Below are positions 10,095 through 20,250 of a DNA stretch of 64,000 nucleotides, piece by piece. Below the pieces are notes generated by a model, which made no database searches, was not told the origin of the DNA, and saw only the letters and a program-made list of their open reading frames with translations. The DNA is taken from positions 1,472,001 to 1,536,000 of the forward strand of contig CAVTJJ010000004.1 of the NCBI GenBank assembly GCA_963735035.1, written 5' to 3'. The stretch is from an uncultured candidate division Zixibacteria bacterium. Its GTDB lineage: Bacteria; Zixibacteria; MSB-5A5; GN15; FEB-12. Each line of letters opens with the position of its first letter. The first letter of the stretch is position 1. The translations under genes were made by a program, and so were the position numbers.

Positions 10095-10124
10095 TTGACA
10101 ACACCCCGTCCTTAGGCCTATCTT
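10095..10124 (+). promoter_or_regulatory. Sigma70-type promoter of tatC
   Basis: TTGACA-N18-TATCTT ending 7 nt before the ATG. Confidence 0.6.
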
Positions 10125-10131
10125 CCGCCCC

Positions 10132-10890
10132 ATGACAACCCCGTCCGACCAGCCTACAGACCAACCAGAAGTCCTCCGAAGCTCCATGCCGTTTCTGGAG
10201 CATCTCGACGAGCTCCGTCGACGACTCCTCAAGGCGGCGGTGGGGGTCATTATCTGTGCCATTCTGGCCTTCTACTTCTCCGATCACATCATGCGCTTCC
10301 TGATGGCGCCGCTCAACGGCACCCCTCTGTACAACATGAAGGTGGTGGGCACTTTCTACGCCTACATGAAAGTGGCGCTGTTCACCGGTTTGCTGGCGTC
10401 GCTGCCGATCGTTTTCTATCAGATCTGGAATTTTGTCGCCCCCGGTCTCTACCGCAAAGAGAAGTCCGCTGTCGTGCCGATAGTGGTGGTTTCGACCTTT
10501 CTGTTTCTTCTCGGGGCCGCTTTCTGCTATTACCTGGCGCTGCCGATTGCCCTCAAATTCCTGCTCGGTTTCGCCGACGAGTTGATCACCAACTACATCA
10601 CCATCGACGACTACATAAGTTTTGTCGGGTTCCTGATGCTGGCTTTCGGGCTGTCGTTCGAATTGCCGGTGGTGGCCTATTTCCTGGGTAAGTTCGGACT
10701 GATTAAGTCGTCGATGCTGGCCAAGGGGCGGCGGTATGCTATCGTGATAATTCTCCTCATTGCGGCTGTCGTGACACCCACCCCGGACATATTTACCCAA
10801 CTTCTGCTGGCGGTTCCCATGTACGCGTTGTATGAAATCTCGATTATAGTGATCAAGATGACCGGAAAGCGGGAAAAACAGGCGGAGTAG
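10132..10890 (+). CDS. tatC: Twin-arginine translocase subunit TatC
   Basis: MPFLEHLDELRRR, QIWNFVAPGL, FELP and TPTPD motifs; multiple TM segments. Confidence 0.97.
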   Translation: MTTPSDQPTDQPEVLRSSMPFLEHLDELRRRLLKAAVGVIICAILAFYFSDHIMRFLMAPLNGTPLYNMKVVGTFYAYMKVALFTGLLASLPIVFYQIWNFVAPGLYRKEKSAVVPIVVVSTFLFLLGAAFCYYLALPIALKFLLGFADELITNYITIDDYISFVGFLMLAFGLSFELPVVAYFLGKFGLIKSSMLAKGRRYAIVIILLIAAVVTPTPDIFTQLLLAVPMYALYEISIIVIKMTGKREKQAE

Positions 10891-10933
10891 GCGTAGAATA
10901 GACCCGTTGGGCAGAACCCCCGACCGCACTTTC

Positions 10934-11450
10934 AAGTGCCCGGCAGATGCCCACATCTGCCGGCTCGTACAAATACCTCCGACTAGAGATTTTTGGGTGG
11001 TGTCAGGCGTCCCTGCTTGACGCAAGCAGGATACCGGCGGTCCACGGTCGGGCGGAGACGCCCGACCGCATATCGGGTGACCCACCCTACGGGTTGTGGT
11101 TGATTCTATCAGCACACACGATGCGCAAGCTTCGTCATTCCTGCGGAGGCAGGAACCCAGACAAGATAGCAGGGGATAGAGTGCTTGCAATGAAAGCTGT
11201 TGGTCGCGGAAGGATTCTATGGATCATCTCGTTTTCTTCTTGGCCATCTTGACTGGGCCCCTGCCTTCGCAGGGGTGACGGCCTTGCGGCCGTCGTCTAT
11301 TTTTGAAATCTCGCTTCCGTCGAAATTCGGATGACAGAACCCCCGCCCCTTGGGCGGGGTGGTTCTGCCACTCAAGAACATTGATGATTTTAGCGTAGCG
11401 AGCTTCGGTAGGTCGAATCCAGCCCGCTTCGGGCGGATTCGACAATGGGA
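10934..11450. repeat. REP-like palindrome cluster including a CGTC-tagged inverted pair
   Basis: Repeat at 10936-10963; CGTCATTCCTGCGGAGGCAGGAACCCAG at 11133-11160 with inverted partner at 11253-11280; hairpin at 11332-11370. Confidence 0.75.
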
Positions 11451-11545
11451 TTCCGAACGTGCGCAGGGAATTGTCGAAACCGTCCGCCAAGGGCGGCCTG
11501 GTTTCGACCTACGAACTGCTCCCAAATCGGCGTTTCCGGGCCCAC

Positions 11546-11574
11546 TTGACTTTGAACTGGCCCCTCGTTACCTT
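11546..11574 (+). promoter_or_regulatory. Sigma70-type promoter of tRNA-Gly
   Basis: TTGACT-N17-TACCTT just upstream of the tRNA. Confidence 0.7.
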
Positions 11575-11588
11575 ACAAGTCGAACGAA

Positions 11589-11660
<72 letters not shown>

Positions 11661-11689
11661 TTTTTTTTGCCTGTGGAAGAATTACTGAA

Positions 11690-12973
11690 ATGAGAGTAAC
11701 CGAGATACATCCCAGTTCGCCTCTTTTTGGCCATGTCCGGCCTGGGTATACCCTTGTCTCGGTGAACGGTCACGAGGCTCTGGACGGGATCGATTTCCGG
11801 TTCCGGACCACCGACGAGAAGGTCGAGTTGGTCTTTGCCGATCTGTCGGGGGAGACTTCGGTGTTCCGTCTCGAAACTTCGCCGGGTGACGATCTCGGTT
11901 TGACGCTCGAAGACCCGCCGGTCAAGACGTGCCAGTGTAACTGCATTTTCTGTTTTGTGGTGCAGCAACCCAAGGGGATGCGGCGCTCGCTGTATGTCAA
12001 GGATGAAGACTATCGGCTCTCGTTCACGCACGGCAATTTCGTGACGATGTCGAACATGACCGACGATGATCTGAAGCGGATTGTCAAACAGCGGCTGTCG
12101 CCGTTGTACATTTCGGTTCATACCACCGACGACACGCTCCGTCGCTGCATGCTGCAAAACGAAAAGCTCGCGCCAATCTTGCCGCGCATCAAATACTTGA
12201 CCACGCGGGGAATCACGGTCCATACACAAGTAGTACTGTGCCCAGAGATCAACGACGGCGCCAGTCTGGATCAGACCATCGACCAGTTGTCGAAATTACA
12301 TCCGGGGGTCAGCAGTCTGGCGGTAGTGCCGGTTGGTCTGACCCGCTACCGCGACCGTCGACCAAAACTTCGCACCTATACGAACGACGAAGCGGCCGCA
12401 ATCATTGACCGAGTCGAGATGAGGCAGAGCGGATTCCTCAAGACTCTCGGCAGTCGGTTCGTTTGGGCGGCGGACGAATTCTATGTCCAGGCGGGGAGAC
12501 CGTTCCCGTCGGCCGCATCTTACGAAGAGATGACGCAGTTTGAAAACGGGGTCGGGATGGCAAGGGAGTTCATTGCGCGGTTCAACCGTCGTCGGACCAG
12601 ACTGGGCAAGCTAAGCACGCGCCGCCGGGCGATGTTTTTCACCGGCCACTCGGCCTATCCGTTCTGGCAATCACAACTATTGCCGTATATGAAGAAGCAG
12701 CTTCGGCTGAAGCTCGAAGTTGTCCCCGTGGACAACCGTTTTTGGGGTGACAAAGTAACCGTCTCTGGTCTGCTGACCGGACAGGACCTACTCAGAGAGG
12801 CCCGGTCGCACGAAAGCAAGTACGATGTCTGCGTCCTGCCGCCGAATTGCCTCAACCAGGATAATCTCTTCCTGGATAACCTGTCGCTCGACCAATTCCG
12901 TCGTACCCTTAGTAAGCAAGTAGTTGTCGGCGGATACAACCTGTCAGAAACCGTCCGGGAAGTATTCGCATGA
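11690..12973 (+). CDS. PDZ-like plus DUF512 putative Fe-S/radical-SAM-like protein
   Basis: CQCNCIFCFV, LYVKDEDYRLSF, QFENGVG and VTVSGLLTG motifs; upstream of der; start moved to ATG 11690 because the longer ORF overlaps the tRNA. Confidence 0.88.
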   Translation: MRVTEIHPSSPLFGHVRPGYTLVSVNGHEALDGIDFRFRTTDEKVELVFADLSGETSVFRLETSPGDDLGLTLEDPPVKTCQCNCIFCFVVQQPKGMRRSLYVKDEDYRLSFTHGNFVTMSNMTDDDLKRIVKQRLSPLYISVHTTDDTLRRCMLQNEKLAPILPRIKYLTTRGITVHTQVVLCPEINDGASLDQTIDQLSKLHPGVSSLAVVPVGLTRYRDRRPKLRTYTNDEAAAIIDRVEMRQSGFLKTLGSRFVWAADEFYVQAGRPFPSAASYEEMTQFENGVGMAREFIARFNRRRTRLGKLSTRRRAMFFTGHSAYPFWQSQLLPYMKKQLRLKLEVVPVDNRFWGDKVTVSGLLTGQDLLREARSHESKYDVCVLPPNCLNQDNLFLDNLSLDQFRRTLSKQVVVGGYNLSETVREVFA

Positions 12974-14281
12974 GTCTACCAATAGTAGCCATAGTAGGCC
13001 GACCGAATGTCGGCAAATCATCGCTCTTCAACCGCTTTCTAAAGAAGAAACTGGCGGTGGTTGATCCGATCTCAGGCGTAACGCGGGATCGCAACTATGC
13101 AACCTGTGATTGGAACGGACGCTACTTTCATCTGGTGGACACCGGCGGCATGGTGCCGGACACTCGCGACTCCATGGAAAAGGCCATTCTTGATCAATCG
13201 GAATTTGCCATTCACGAGGCCGATCTGGTGATGTTTGTAGTCGACATACAGGTGGGGGTGGATCATGTCGACGAACGGCTGGCGCGGATTCTTCAGAAGT
13301 CAGCCAAGCCGTGCATACTGGTGGCAAACAAAGCCGACGACGAAAATCTCGCGGCCCAAAGCTATGCGATGAGTCGTCTGGGGCTCGGCGATGCGTGGCC
13401 GGTCTCGGCGACAGCCGGGCTGGGGGTTGGTGAAATCCTGGACGAGATCGTCCAGAAACTCCCCGAAGTTCGCGCCGACGAAACCCCGGCGGAGGCCATC
13501 CGAGTCGCTGTGGTGGGGCGCCCGAATGTCGGCAAATCATCGTTCATCAACAAACTGATCGGCGAGCAACGGCTGATAGTTTCTCCCATGGCCGGGACCA
13601 CTCGCGATGCGGTCGATACGGCATTCGAGCACGATGGCCAGTCGTACGTGCTCATCGATACCGCCGGATTGCGGCGACATTACAAGGTTCAGGAGAACAT
13701 CGAGTTTTACACGAATCTTAGGGCCGAGCGAGCCATCGACGCCTGCAACGTGGCCGTGGTCTTGGTCGATGGCGGCCCAGGGGTTCACGGCTCAGGATCA
13801 ACGCGTGCTTGCCCAGGTGCTGGAAGCCCGGCGACCGGTGGTGATGGCGATCAACAAGTGGGATCTGGTCGAGAAGGACACGCATACGGCTGATCGTTTC
13901 TCGGAAGCGATCAAAACCGGACTGGCTAAGTTCTCATTCGTGCCGCTCATCTATATCTCAGCCTTGTCAGGTCAGCGGGTGTCTAAGGTACTGGAACTGG
14001 TCAAGAATGTCCACGCCGAGAACAACAAGCGGATATCGACCTCGGCGCTCAACGATTTTCTGCAGCGGGTCTTCGGCCAGCGTAAACCTCCGGCGAAGCA
14101 GGGAAAGTACATTCAGTTCAACTACGTCACTCAGACCGAAGTGGCGCCACCTACGTTCGTCTTCTTCACCAATCAACCCATGCTGGTGGACAAGAGCTAT
14201 CTCGGCTATCTGAACAACCAGCTTCGGGCTGAGTTCGGTTTCGAAGGTTCCCCGATCCGTATCAAGTGTCGGCGCAAGTAG
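12970..14281 (+). CDS. der: Ribosome biogenesis GTPase Der/EngA (one extra base near 13771)
   Basis: Two GRPNVGKSS P-loops; removing G13771 joins ...VLVD to AAQGFTAQD...NKWD...KH-like domain. Confidence 0.95.
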
Positions 14282-14341
14282 CGCTCGACCGGTCCGTTCT
14301 CCGTCGTTTCGATAAATCAGCCTGGTGAGGGGTCACACCCG

Positions 14342-14368
14342 TCAACTGTATGGCGTATCTGTCGATAC
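14342..14368 (+). promoter_or_regulatory. Putative sigma28-type promoter of the signalling operon
   Basis: TCAA-N15-GTCGATAC versus consensus TAAA-N15-GCCGATAA; 8 nt before ATG 14377. Confidence 0.5.
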
Positions 14369-14376
14369 TCTGACAG

Positions 14377-15666
14377 ATGACGATTCTCGAACAGACCGCC
14401 GTGATCGAAGAGCTGGAGACCCGGCTCGAGGCGAAGAAGGCGCAGCTCCGCGATTTTGCCACCATGGGAGCGGTGGTGACATCGATTCTGGAGATGGACG
14501 CCGTCTTATCCGTGACTATCGATATGGGTATCCGTCTGGTGGACGGTGAGGTCGGTCTGATCCTCCTTGAAGAAGACGGCGAGCTGAAGACCAAAGCTTC
14601 AATGGGGGTCGGCGAACAGTTCGTAAAATCCCTTCAATATGAAGACGGTTTAGATATCGCCACCTACTGTTTCAAGCGACAGAGTCCGGTCATGCTATCC
14701 GAGCTCGAACTCGTCTCTGAAAACGGCATTCTGATACAATCGGTCCTGGCCTGTCCCATCCGCGCCCGCGACAAGTGTCTCGGCATCATGATCGTCATCA
14801 ACAAGTTCGGCGGGGGAGATTTCAAAGAAGAAGACCTCGAATCTCTGGGGATGTTGCTCAATTTCGTCTCGGTGGCAGTGGAAAACTCCTACCTGGTCAA
14901 GGACAAGTTGAAGCAACAGAAGATGGCCCAGGAGATGGTGATCGCCAAGCAGGTACAGGAAACGATGCTGGCCGCCAGGGTGGACCAGATTAGCGGGGCC
15001 GAAATCGGCGCCGTTTATTTTCCGGCGGGCGAAGTCGGCGGCGACTTCTACGACTTCCTAAAGCTGAGCGAATCCACGTTCATGGTGATTCTCGGCGACG
15101 TCTCCAACAAGGGAATTCCGGCGGCGCTGATCATGTCGGCTTGCTCGGGGGTCATCAAGTCCGTCCTCGACTATAATCCCGCCATTTCGGTTTCGGAGCT
15201 GGCGGCGACCGTCAATCGACTCATGGCCAATTCGATCATCAAGGAACGTGAGATGTTCGTGACCATGTTTTTCGCCCGGTTCGATCTAGAAGCTCACGAA
15301 TTGACTTACTGCAACGCCGGACACCTCCCCGGATTGTTCTGGAACGAAACCGCGCAAAGCATCGAAAGTCTCTCCGAAGGAGGCTCGATTGTCGGTCAGT
15401 TTAGCGAGGCAACTTACCGCCAGGGGCGACACTCGATCAAGTCGGATGACCGCCTCTTCTTGTTTACGGACGGATTGACCGAGGCGGCTGATGCCGAAAA
15501 ACGTCTCTTCGGACGCGAGCGCGCCGAGCAGGTATTCATAAGTGAGATTGATCTGGCCCCGAAAGAATTCTGTCACCGCGTTAAGGAATGGGTGGACAGG
15601 TTCTCCGAGGGGGCGGCTGAAGAAAGCCACGATGACTTCACTATCGTACAGATACGCGTGAAATGA
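14377..15666 (+). CDS. GAF plus PP2C/SpoIIE-family serine phosphatase (RsbU-like)
   Basis: GAF-like region; VGGDFYD, GDVSNKG, NAGH, FTDGLTEA and HDDFT motifs. Confidence 0.93.
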   Translation: MTILEQTAVIEELETRLEAKKAQLRDFATMGAVVTSILEMDAVLSVTIDMGIRLVDGEVGLILLEEDGELKTKASMGVGEQFVKSLQYEDGLDIATYCFKRQSPVMLSELELVSENGILIQSVLACPIRARDKCLGIMIVINKFGGGDFKEEDLESLGMLLNFVSVAVENSYLVKDKLKQQKMAQEMVIAKQVQETMLAARVDQISGAEIGAVYFPAGEVGGDFYDFLKLSESTFMVILGDVSNKGIPAALIMSACSGVIKSVLDYNPAISVSELAATVNRLMANSIIKEREMFVTMFFARFDLEAHELTYCNAGHLPGLFWNETAQSIESLSEGGSIVGQFSEATYRQGRHSIKSDDRLFLFTDGLTEAADAEKRLFGRERAEQVFISEIDLAPKEFCHRVKEWVDRFSEGAAEESHDDFTIVQIRVK

Positions 15667-15669
15667 GTT

Positions 15670-16095
15670 ATGGCTAACTACGAATTTACATATCCGTCCA
15701 GCCGTCAGGCGAACGATATCGCCCTTGATGATCTGGATCGCTGCCTGGACGCGGAGCACGTCGAAGGCGCCATACGTCACGCGATAAGCCTGTGTGTTTC
15801 AGAGGCTTTTACCAACGCGGTGGTCCACGGCAACACGGAGAGTCCGACCAAGAAGGTCTTGTTAACGATAGAAGTTAATGAGCGTGAAGTTATTGCCGAT
15901 ATAACGGATCAAGGAAGTGGAGGGATGAGACGGATCAGTTCGAAGAAACCGGCTGCCGTCCAGGATGAGGGAGGCCGGGGCATTGATCTGATACGACACT
16001 TCGCCGACGCCTGCTACTTCAAAGAAACGGAGAGCGGCGCGTTGCGGGTTTCAATCCACTTTCAAAGATCCGACAAGAAAGAGTATACGACATAG
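15670..16095 (+). CDS. Anti-sigma factor/serine kinase (RsbW/SpoIIAB-like)
   Basis: EAFTNAVVHGN, DQGSG and EGGRGIDLI GHKL boxes. Confidence 0.9.
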   Translation: MANYEFTYPSSRQANDIALDDLDRCLDAEHVEGAIRHAISLCVSEAFTNAVVHGNTESPTKKVLLTIEVNEREVIADITDQGSGGMRRISSKKPAAVQDEGGRGIDLIRHFADACYFKETESGALRVSIHFQRSDKKEYTT

Positions 16096-16118
16096 TCAAT
16101 TGGGTTCAGGAGGAAAGA

Positions 16119-16469
16119 ATGGAAATCCAGATGCGCGAACAGGACAACGTGGCGGTGCTGTGTCTCAGCGGCCGGCTTGATCTGGCCAGCGGCGCCACGC
16201 TGAAAGAACACCTCAAACGCCTGTCGGAGAAGAACATCGTACAGGCACACTTGAATCTGGCCGAGGTTGAATTCATCAACAGTTCCGGCCTGGGAGCGCT
16301 GGTCTCTATAATGAAAGAGATTCGGCTTCAGAAAGGTCGTTTGACGCTCTCCAATCTGGCCAGCTACGTCCAAGAAATTTTTGAAATTACCCAGTTGTCT
16401 CACATTTTCGAAATCTATTCCACTGAGGAAGAGGCGCTGGCTACTTATCAGACCACGGTGGTTCGCTAG
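16119..16469 (+). CDS. STAS-domain anti-anti-sigma factor (RsbV/SpoIIAA-like)
   Basis: LSGRLDL, FINSSGLGAL phospho-Ser motif, IFEITQL. Confidence 0.93.
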   Translation: MEIQMREQDNVAVLCLSGRLDLASGATLKEHLKRLSEKNIVQAHLNLAEVEFINSSGLGALVSIMKEIRLQKGRLTLSNLASYVQEIFEITQLSHIFEIYSTEEEALATYQTTVVR

Positions 16470-16496
16470 GACCGGGGGGTCCAGGAGGGGTCCTGA

Positions 16497-18407
16497 ATGA
16501 ACCAAGTCGCGGAGAAAATCGGCCAGCTGCTGATGCGGCTGCAGTCGCCTGATTCCGGTGAACGCGAGGAAGCGGTCCACGGGCTCGGCGCCAGCGAGGG
16601 CGATGAATCAATCGCCGGACTGGTGCTGGCCATGGAAGATCCCGATCTGGGGATCCGCGAAATTGCAGCCGGTTATCTGTGCAAGCGTAAGGTAGACACT
16701 ACCTCGCAGCTGCTCATTCGGTTTCTGGCTCATGACGACATCGGCACGCGCAACCTGGCCTCGGAAGTGCTTGTCAAGATCGGGGCCGAAGCGGTTCCCG
16801 CACTCATAGAGAATATCGAGGCCGACGACCACGACGTTCGCAAATTCATCGTCGACGTACTGGGGCTCATCAGTGATTCCAGGGCGGTCGACGCGCTTAA
16901 CCAGCGTCTGTGGGACGAAAACGTCAACGTAGCCTGTGCTGCGGCCGAAGCGCTTGGAAGAATCGGATCATCCCGCGCTGTTGAGCATCTCATCAAAGCC
17001 GCGGACAAGATTCCGGACGCCATATTGCCGGCTATCGAAGCGCTGGGCAAGATCCGCGATCCACGCTCGCTGGATTATCTCTATCGCCAGCTTGATTCGT
17101 CGGATCCAATGGTCGTTTTGGTGTCGATCGAGGCGATCGGCCAGATCGGTCAGGCCTCGTCGGTGGCAAGGCTGTCTTCTTACCTGGATTCTTCGGAGCG
17201 CACAACGGCTGAGTCGGCCATGGCGGCGATCATTACGATTACCCGCCACAACGAAGATCGCATCAATTTCGATTTGCCCCTCGACCGCTTTACGGACTTT
17301 CTGTTCGAGGGAATCAGAAACCGCGACAAGGCGATTACCGATTTTACTCTTTCGCGTCTCTCGCACTGGTATGGAAGCAAAGTCATCGCCGGCCTGCTTG
17401 ATGTCGTGGAAGTAGTCGAAGAAGAAGAATTGAAGCGAATCACGGAGATGCTGGTCGAAGTAGGACCGTCGGTGGCGACAATGATTATCGATCGGCTGCC
17501 GAAGTCGACCACGGCGCATCAGATTCGTCTTCTGGACATTCTGACGCATCTGGTGGATGAAGCATCGGCGACTACTCTTCTCCAGTATGCGCATCACGAG
17601 GATCCGGAAATTCGTCAACGAGTAGCCCACCTGTTGGGGGCGTCGGGTTTCTTTGGGGCCATCAAGACGCTCAAGGCGCTGGCGACGGATACCAACGGGC
17701 ACGTTCGCGCCGCGGCCTACGCTGCGCTGGGCTGGCTCTGTTCCGAAGAAGAAGCCGACTTCATCATGGGCGGACTGGATGACAAGTACTCCGATGTGCG
17801 CGAAGCGGCCGTCGGCGCCCTGGTCATTATCGGGGGACCGCGAGTGGTCGCCAAGCTGACCGCCGATCTCTACCACGAAGACACGGAGAGACAGCGACTG
17901 GCGGTAACATCGCTCGGCTGGATCGGTGAACACGAAGTGGTTGGGCCGTTGCTGAAGGCCATCAATCACCCTGACGCCAGCGTGCGCAAATCGGCCATTA
18001 ATTCGCTGATCAGAATCGGCAATGTACCCGACGTCGATCCGATCCTGCTCGCTCTCAGCGACGAGAACAGCGGCGTGCGCAAAGCAGCCGTCTCCGCTCT
18101 CTTGACTCTGCGCGGGGTGGAGTCAATCAAGGACGTCGTGGTTCTGCTGAACGATGACGACGTCTGGGTGCGCTATCATACCATAAGCTGCATCGGCGAG
18201 ATGGGCCGGTCGGAACTGGCCGATTATATTATCCCGTCACTTCAGGACGATCTCGATATCATCAAGCTGGCCGCCGCCAAGGCGCTGGCCCAGATGGGTT
18301 GTCGGGAAGCGGTTCCCATTCTGAGCGAGCTCAAAGACGACAAGAACCGGGACGTAGCTGACATCGCGGAACGAGCATTAGATAGTATTGGAGGCAAAAG
18401 AGCATGA
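16497..18407 (+). CDS. HEAT-repeat (PBS lyase-like) protein
   Basis: Many D..VR..A...LG repeats across 636 aa. Confidence 0.9.
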   Translation: MNQVAEKIGQLLMRLQSPDSGEREEAVHGLGASEGDESIAGLVLAMEDPDLGIREIAAGYLCKRKVDTTSQLLIRFLAHDDIGTRNLASEVLVKIGAEAVPALIENIEADDHDVRKFIVDVLGLISDSRAVDALNQRLWDENVNVACAAAEALGRIGSSRAVEHLIKAADKIPDAILPAIEALGKIRDPRSLDYLYRQLDSSDPMVVLVSIEAIGQIGQASSVARLSSYLDSSERTTAESAMAAIITITRHNEDRINFDLPLDRFTDFLFEGIRNRDKAITDFTLSRLSHWYGSKVIAGLLDVVEVVEEEELKRITEMLVEVGPSVATMIIDRLPKSTTAHQIRLLDILTHLVDEASATTLLQYAHHEDPEIRQRVAHLLGASGFFGAIKTLKALATDTNGHVRAAAYAALGWLCSEEEADFIMGGLDDKYSDVREAAVGALVIIGGPRVVAKLTADLYHEDTERQRLAVTSLGWIGEHEVVGPLLKAINHPDASVRKSAINSLIRIGNVPDVDPILLALSDENSGVRKAAVSALLTLRGVESIKDVVVLLNDDDVWVRYHTISCIGEMGRSELADYIIPSLQDDLDIIKLAAAKALAQMGCREAVPILSELKDDKNRDVADIAERALDSIGGKRA

Positions 18408-18778
18408 CCAGACCTTCCATCCTGGTGGTCGACGACGAGCTCCTGATTCGTGATCTGCTGTACGATTTCTTCACCGGCCAGGGCTGGGAGATTTCAGTGG
18501 CAGAGGACGGCGAAAAGGCGCTGGAAATGTCGAGAGCCCGCAAGTACGATGTGGTTCTGTCTGATATAAAGATGCCCGAAATGGACGGATTGACGCTGAC
18601 CGGTCACCTCCGGCAATCGCAGCCGCAATTGCCTATCGTCCTGATGACGGGCTTTCCGTCGGTGGACACCGCGGTCGCCGCATTACGTAACAAAGTAGAC
18701 GACTATGTGATTAAGCCGTTCAACATTAACCAACTGTACAAGCTGTTGGAAGCCACGGTGAAAAGCTGCCACGACTAG
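18404..18778 (+). CDS. Single-domain response regulator
   Basis: ILVVDDE, SDIKMPEMDG, MTG, IKPF. Confidence 0.92.
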   Translation: MTRPSILVVDDELLIRDLLYDFFTGQGWEISVAEDGEKALEMSRARKYDVVLSDIKMPEMDGLTLTGHLRQSQPQLPIVLMTGFPSVDTAVAALRNKVDDYVIKPFNINQLYKLLEATVKSCHD

Positions 18779-18815
18779 CGGGGATGCGCAAAGGGGATCT
18801 TAAGAGGGGCGCTGT

Positions 18816-19814
18816 ATGGTTTCGGATGTCCAAAAAGGCCTTGAAATGACGCTCGAAGATTTTACGATGATCCGCGATTTCATTCATGAAAAGAGCGGCA
18901 TCTATTTTGCGGAAAATAAGATGTATCTGGTTCAGAACCGGCTGGAAAAACGCATGGCTGAACTGGACATGAAGAGCGTCCGCGATTATTTCTACCATGT
19001 CAAGTACGATGCATCGCAGAAGGAGTTCAATCGTCTTATGGTGCTGATGACGACTAATGAGACGAGCTTCTTCCGCAATGAGCCTCAATTGTTATGCTTC
19101 TCGGACGAGGTGCTCCCGTTGATTCTGCAGGAAAAGATGCAGATGCGGGGCCTGAAGACGCTTCGCATCTGGTCGGCCGGCTGTTCCACCGGTGAGGAGC
19201 CATATACGCTGGCCATGATCATCCTCGACCGGCTGAAAACAACGACCGGATGGAACATCGAAATCATCGCCAACGACATCTCCGAGGACGTTCTTCAGAA
19301 GGCTCGTCTGGGGAGCTATTCCGGAATCACCATGCGCAACGTCAGCCCGGATATGCTTACGCGCTACTTCATGAAAGCGGGGGACACTTATACGGTGAAA
19401 CCCGAAGTCAAGGCGATGGTGAAGTTTTCGCACATAAACCTGAATGATCCCCGCAAGATCGCTCTGGTGAACAATATGGACTGCGTGTTCTGTCGCAATG
19501 TCATGATCTATTTCTCGGACGAGGTCAAGCGGCAGATCGTGCGTGGGTTCTACGAGTCATTGGTCCCCGGTGGCTACTTCTATATCGGCCACTCGGAGAC
19601 GTTGCATGGAATTTCCAAGGCGTTCAAACTGGTCTATTTCAAGAACGCCCTGGTGTACAACAAGGACGCCGAGCGAGTCATGCCGGCGGGCGCCGGTGAA
19701 CCCGGAGTTGCTGTCGCCGTGACGGCGTCGGCCGGCCTGGCCGGAGCCGCCGGGGGCGCCGCCAGAGCCATGGACCTTTTGAGCAAGATTAAGCCGATGA
19801 CGCTTAAGAAATAG
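18816..19814 (+). CDS. cheR: Chemotaxis methyltransferase CheR with C-terminal extension
   Basis: TTNETSFFRN, IWSAGCSTGEEPY, CRNVMIYF and GHSETL motifs. Confidence 0.95.
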   Translation: MVSDVQKGLEMTLEDFTMIRDFIHEKSGIYFAENKMYLVQNRLEKRMAELDMKSVRDYFYHVKYDASQKEFNRLMVLMTTNETSFFRNEPQLLCFSDEVLPLILQEKMQMRGLKTLRIWSAGCSTGEEPYTLAMIILDRLKTTTGWNIEIIANDISEDVLQKARLGSYSGITMRNVSPDMLTRYFMKAGDTYTVKPEVKAMVKFSHINLNDPRKIALVNNMDCVFCRNVMIYFSDEVKRQIVRGFYESLVPGGYFYIGHSETLHGISKAFKLVYFKNALVYNKDAERVMPAGAGEPGVAVAVTASAGLAGAAGGAARAMDLLSKIKPMTLKK

Positions 19815-19848
19815 AAAATGTGTATGCCAACGATACAGGGATGAGAAG

Positions 19849-20220
19849 ATGAGTCAGACGATACTTGTGGTCGATGATTCCCCAACCGTGATTAAGTTTC
19901 TGGCGTTTTCCCTGAAGAGCCAGGGCTATCAGGTTGTGTCCGCGTGCGACGGCATGGACGCTTTGGAAAAGATGTCGTCCTTGCCCAAGGAACCGGACCT
20001 GATCATAACCGACCTCAATATGCCCAACCTTGACGGCTACGGCCTGATAGAGACGGTAAGACAGAGTCGCCGCCAGGTGCCAATCATTATTCTGTCTTCG
20101 GAGCAGGACGCCGCGGACCGGGATCGGGGTATGGCGGTCGGCGCCAACGCCTATCTGGTCAAGCCGTTTAAGCCGGCGGTGCTTATCTCCGAGGTGGCGA
20201 AACAGTTAAAGAGTCAATGA
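19849..20220 (+). CDS. cheY: CheY-like single-domain response regulator
   Basis: VVDDS, TDLNMPNLDG, VKPF; lies in the che cluster. Confidence 0.8.
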   Translation: MSQTILVVDDSPTVIKFLAFSLKSQGYQVVSACDGMDALEKMSSLPKEPDLIITDLNMPNLDGYGLIETVRQSRRQVPIIILSSEQDAADRDRGMAVGANAYLVKPFKPAVLISEVAKQLKSQ

Positions 20221-20250
20221 CGCAATTGCAATAGAAGAAGGAGATCGGCT

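Noticed and set aside
9982..11190. 402-aa minus-strand ORF and similar long antisense ORFs (e.g. 16968..17969, 62257..63174)
   Set aside because: Shadow ORFs opposite well-supported genes in GC-rich DNA, with no recognisable motifs.
12970..14281. der (and likewise thrS, fliF, flgF, cutA) as pseudogenes or programmed frameshifts
   Set aside because: Both halves are intact, the defect is always one extra base, there is no common slippery site, and some of these genes are essential, so sequencing error is the simpler explanation.
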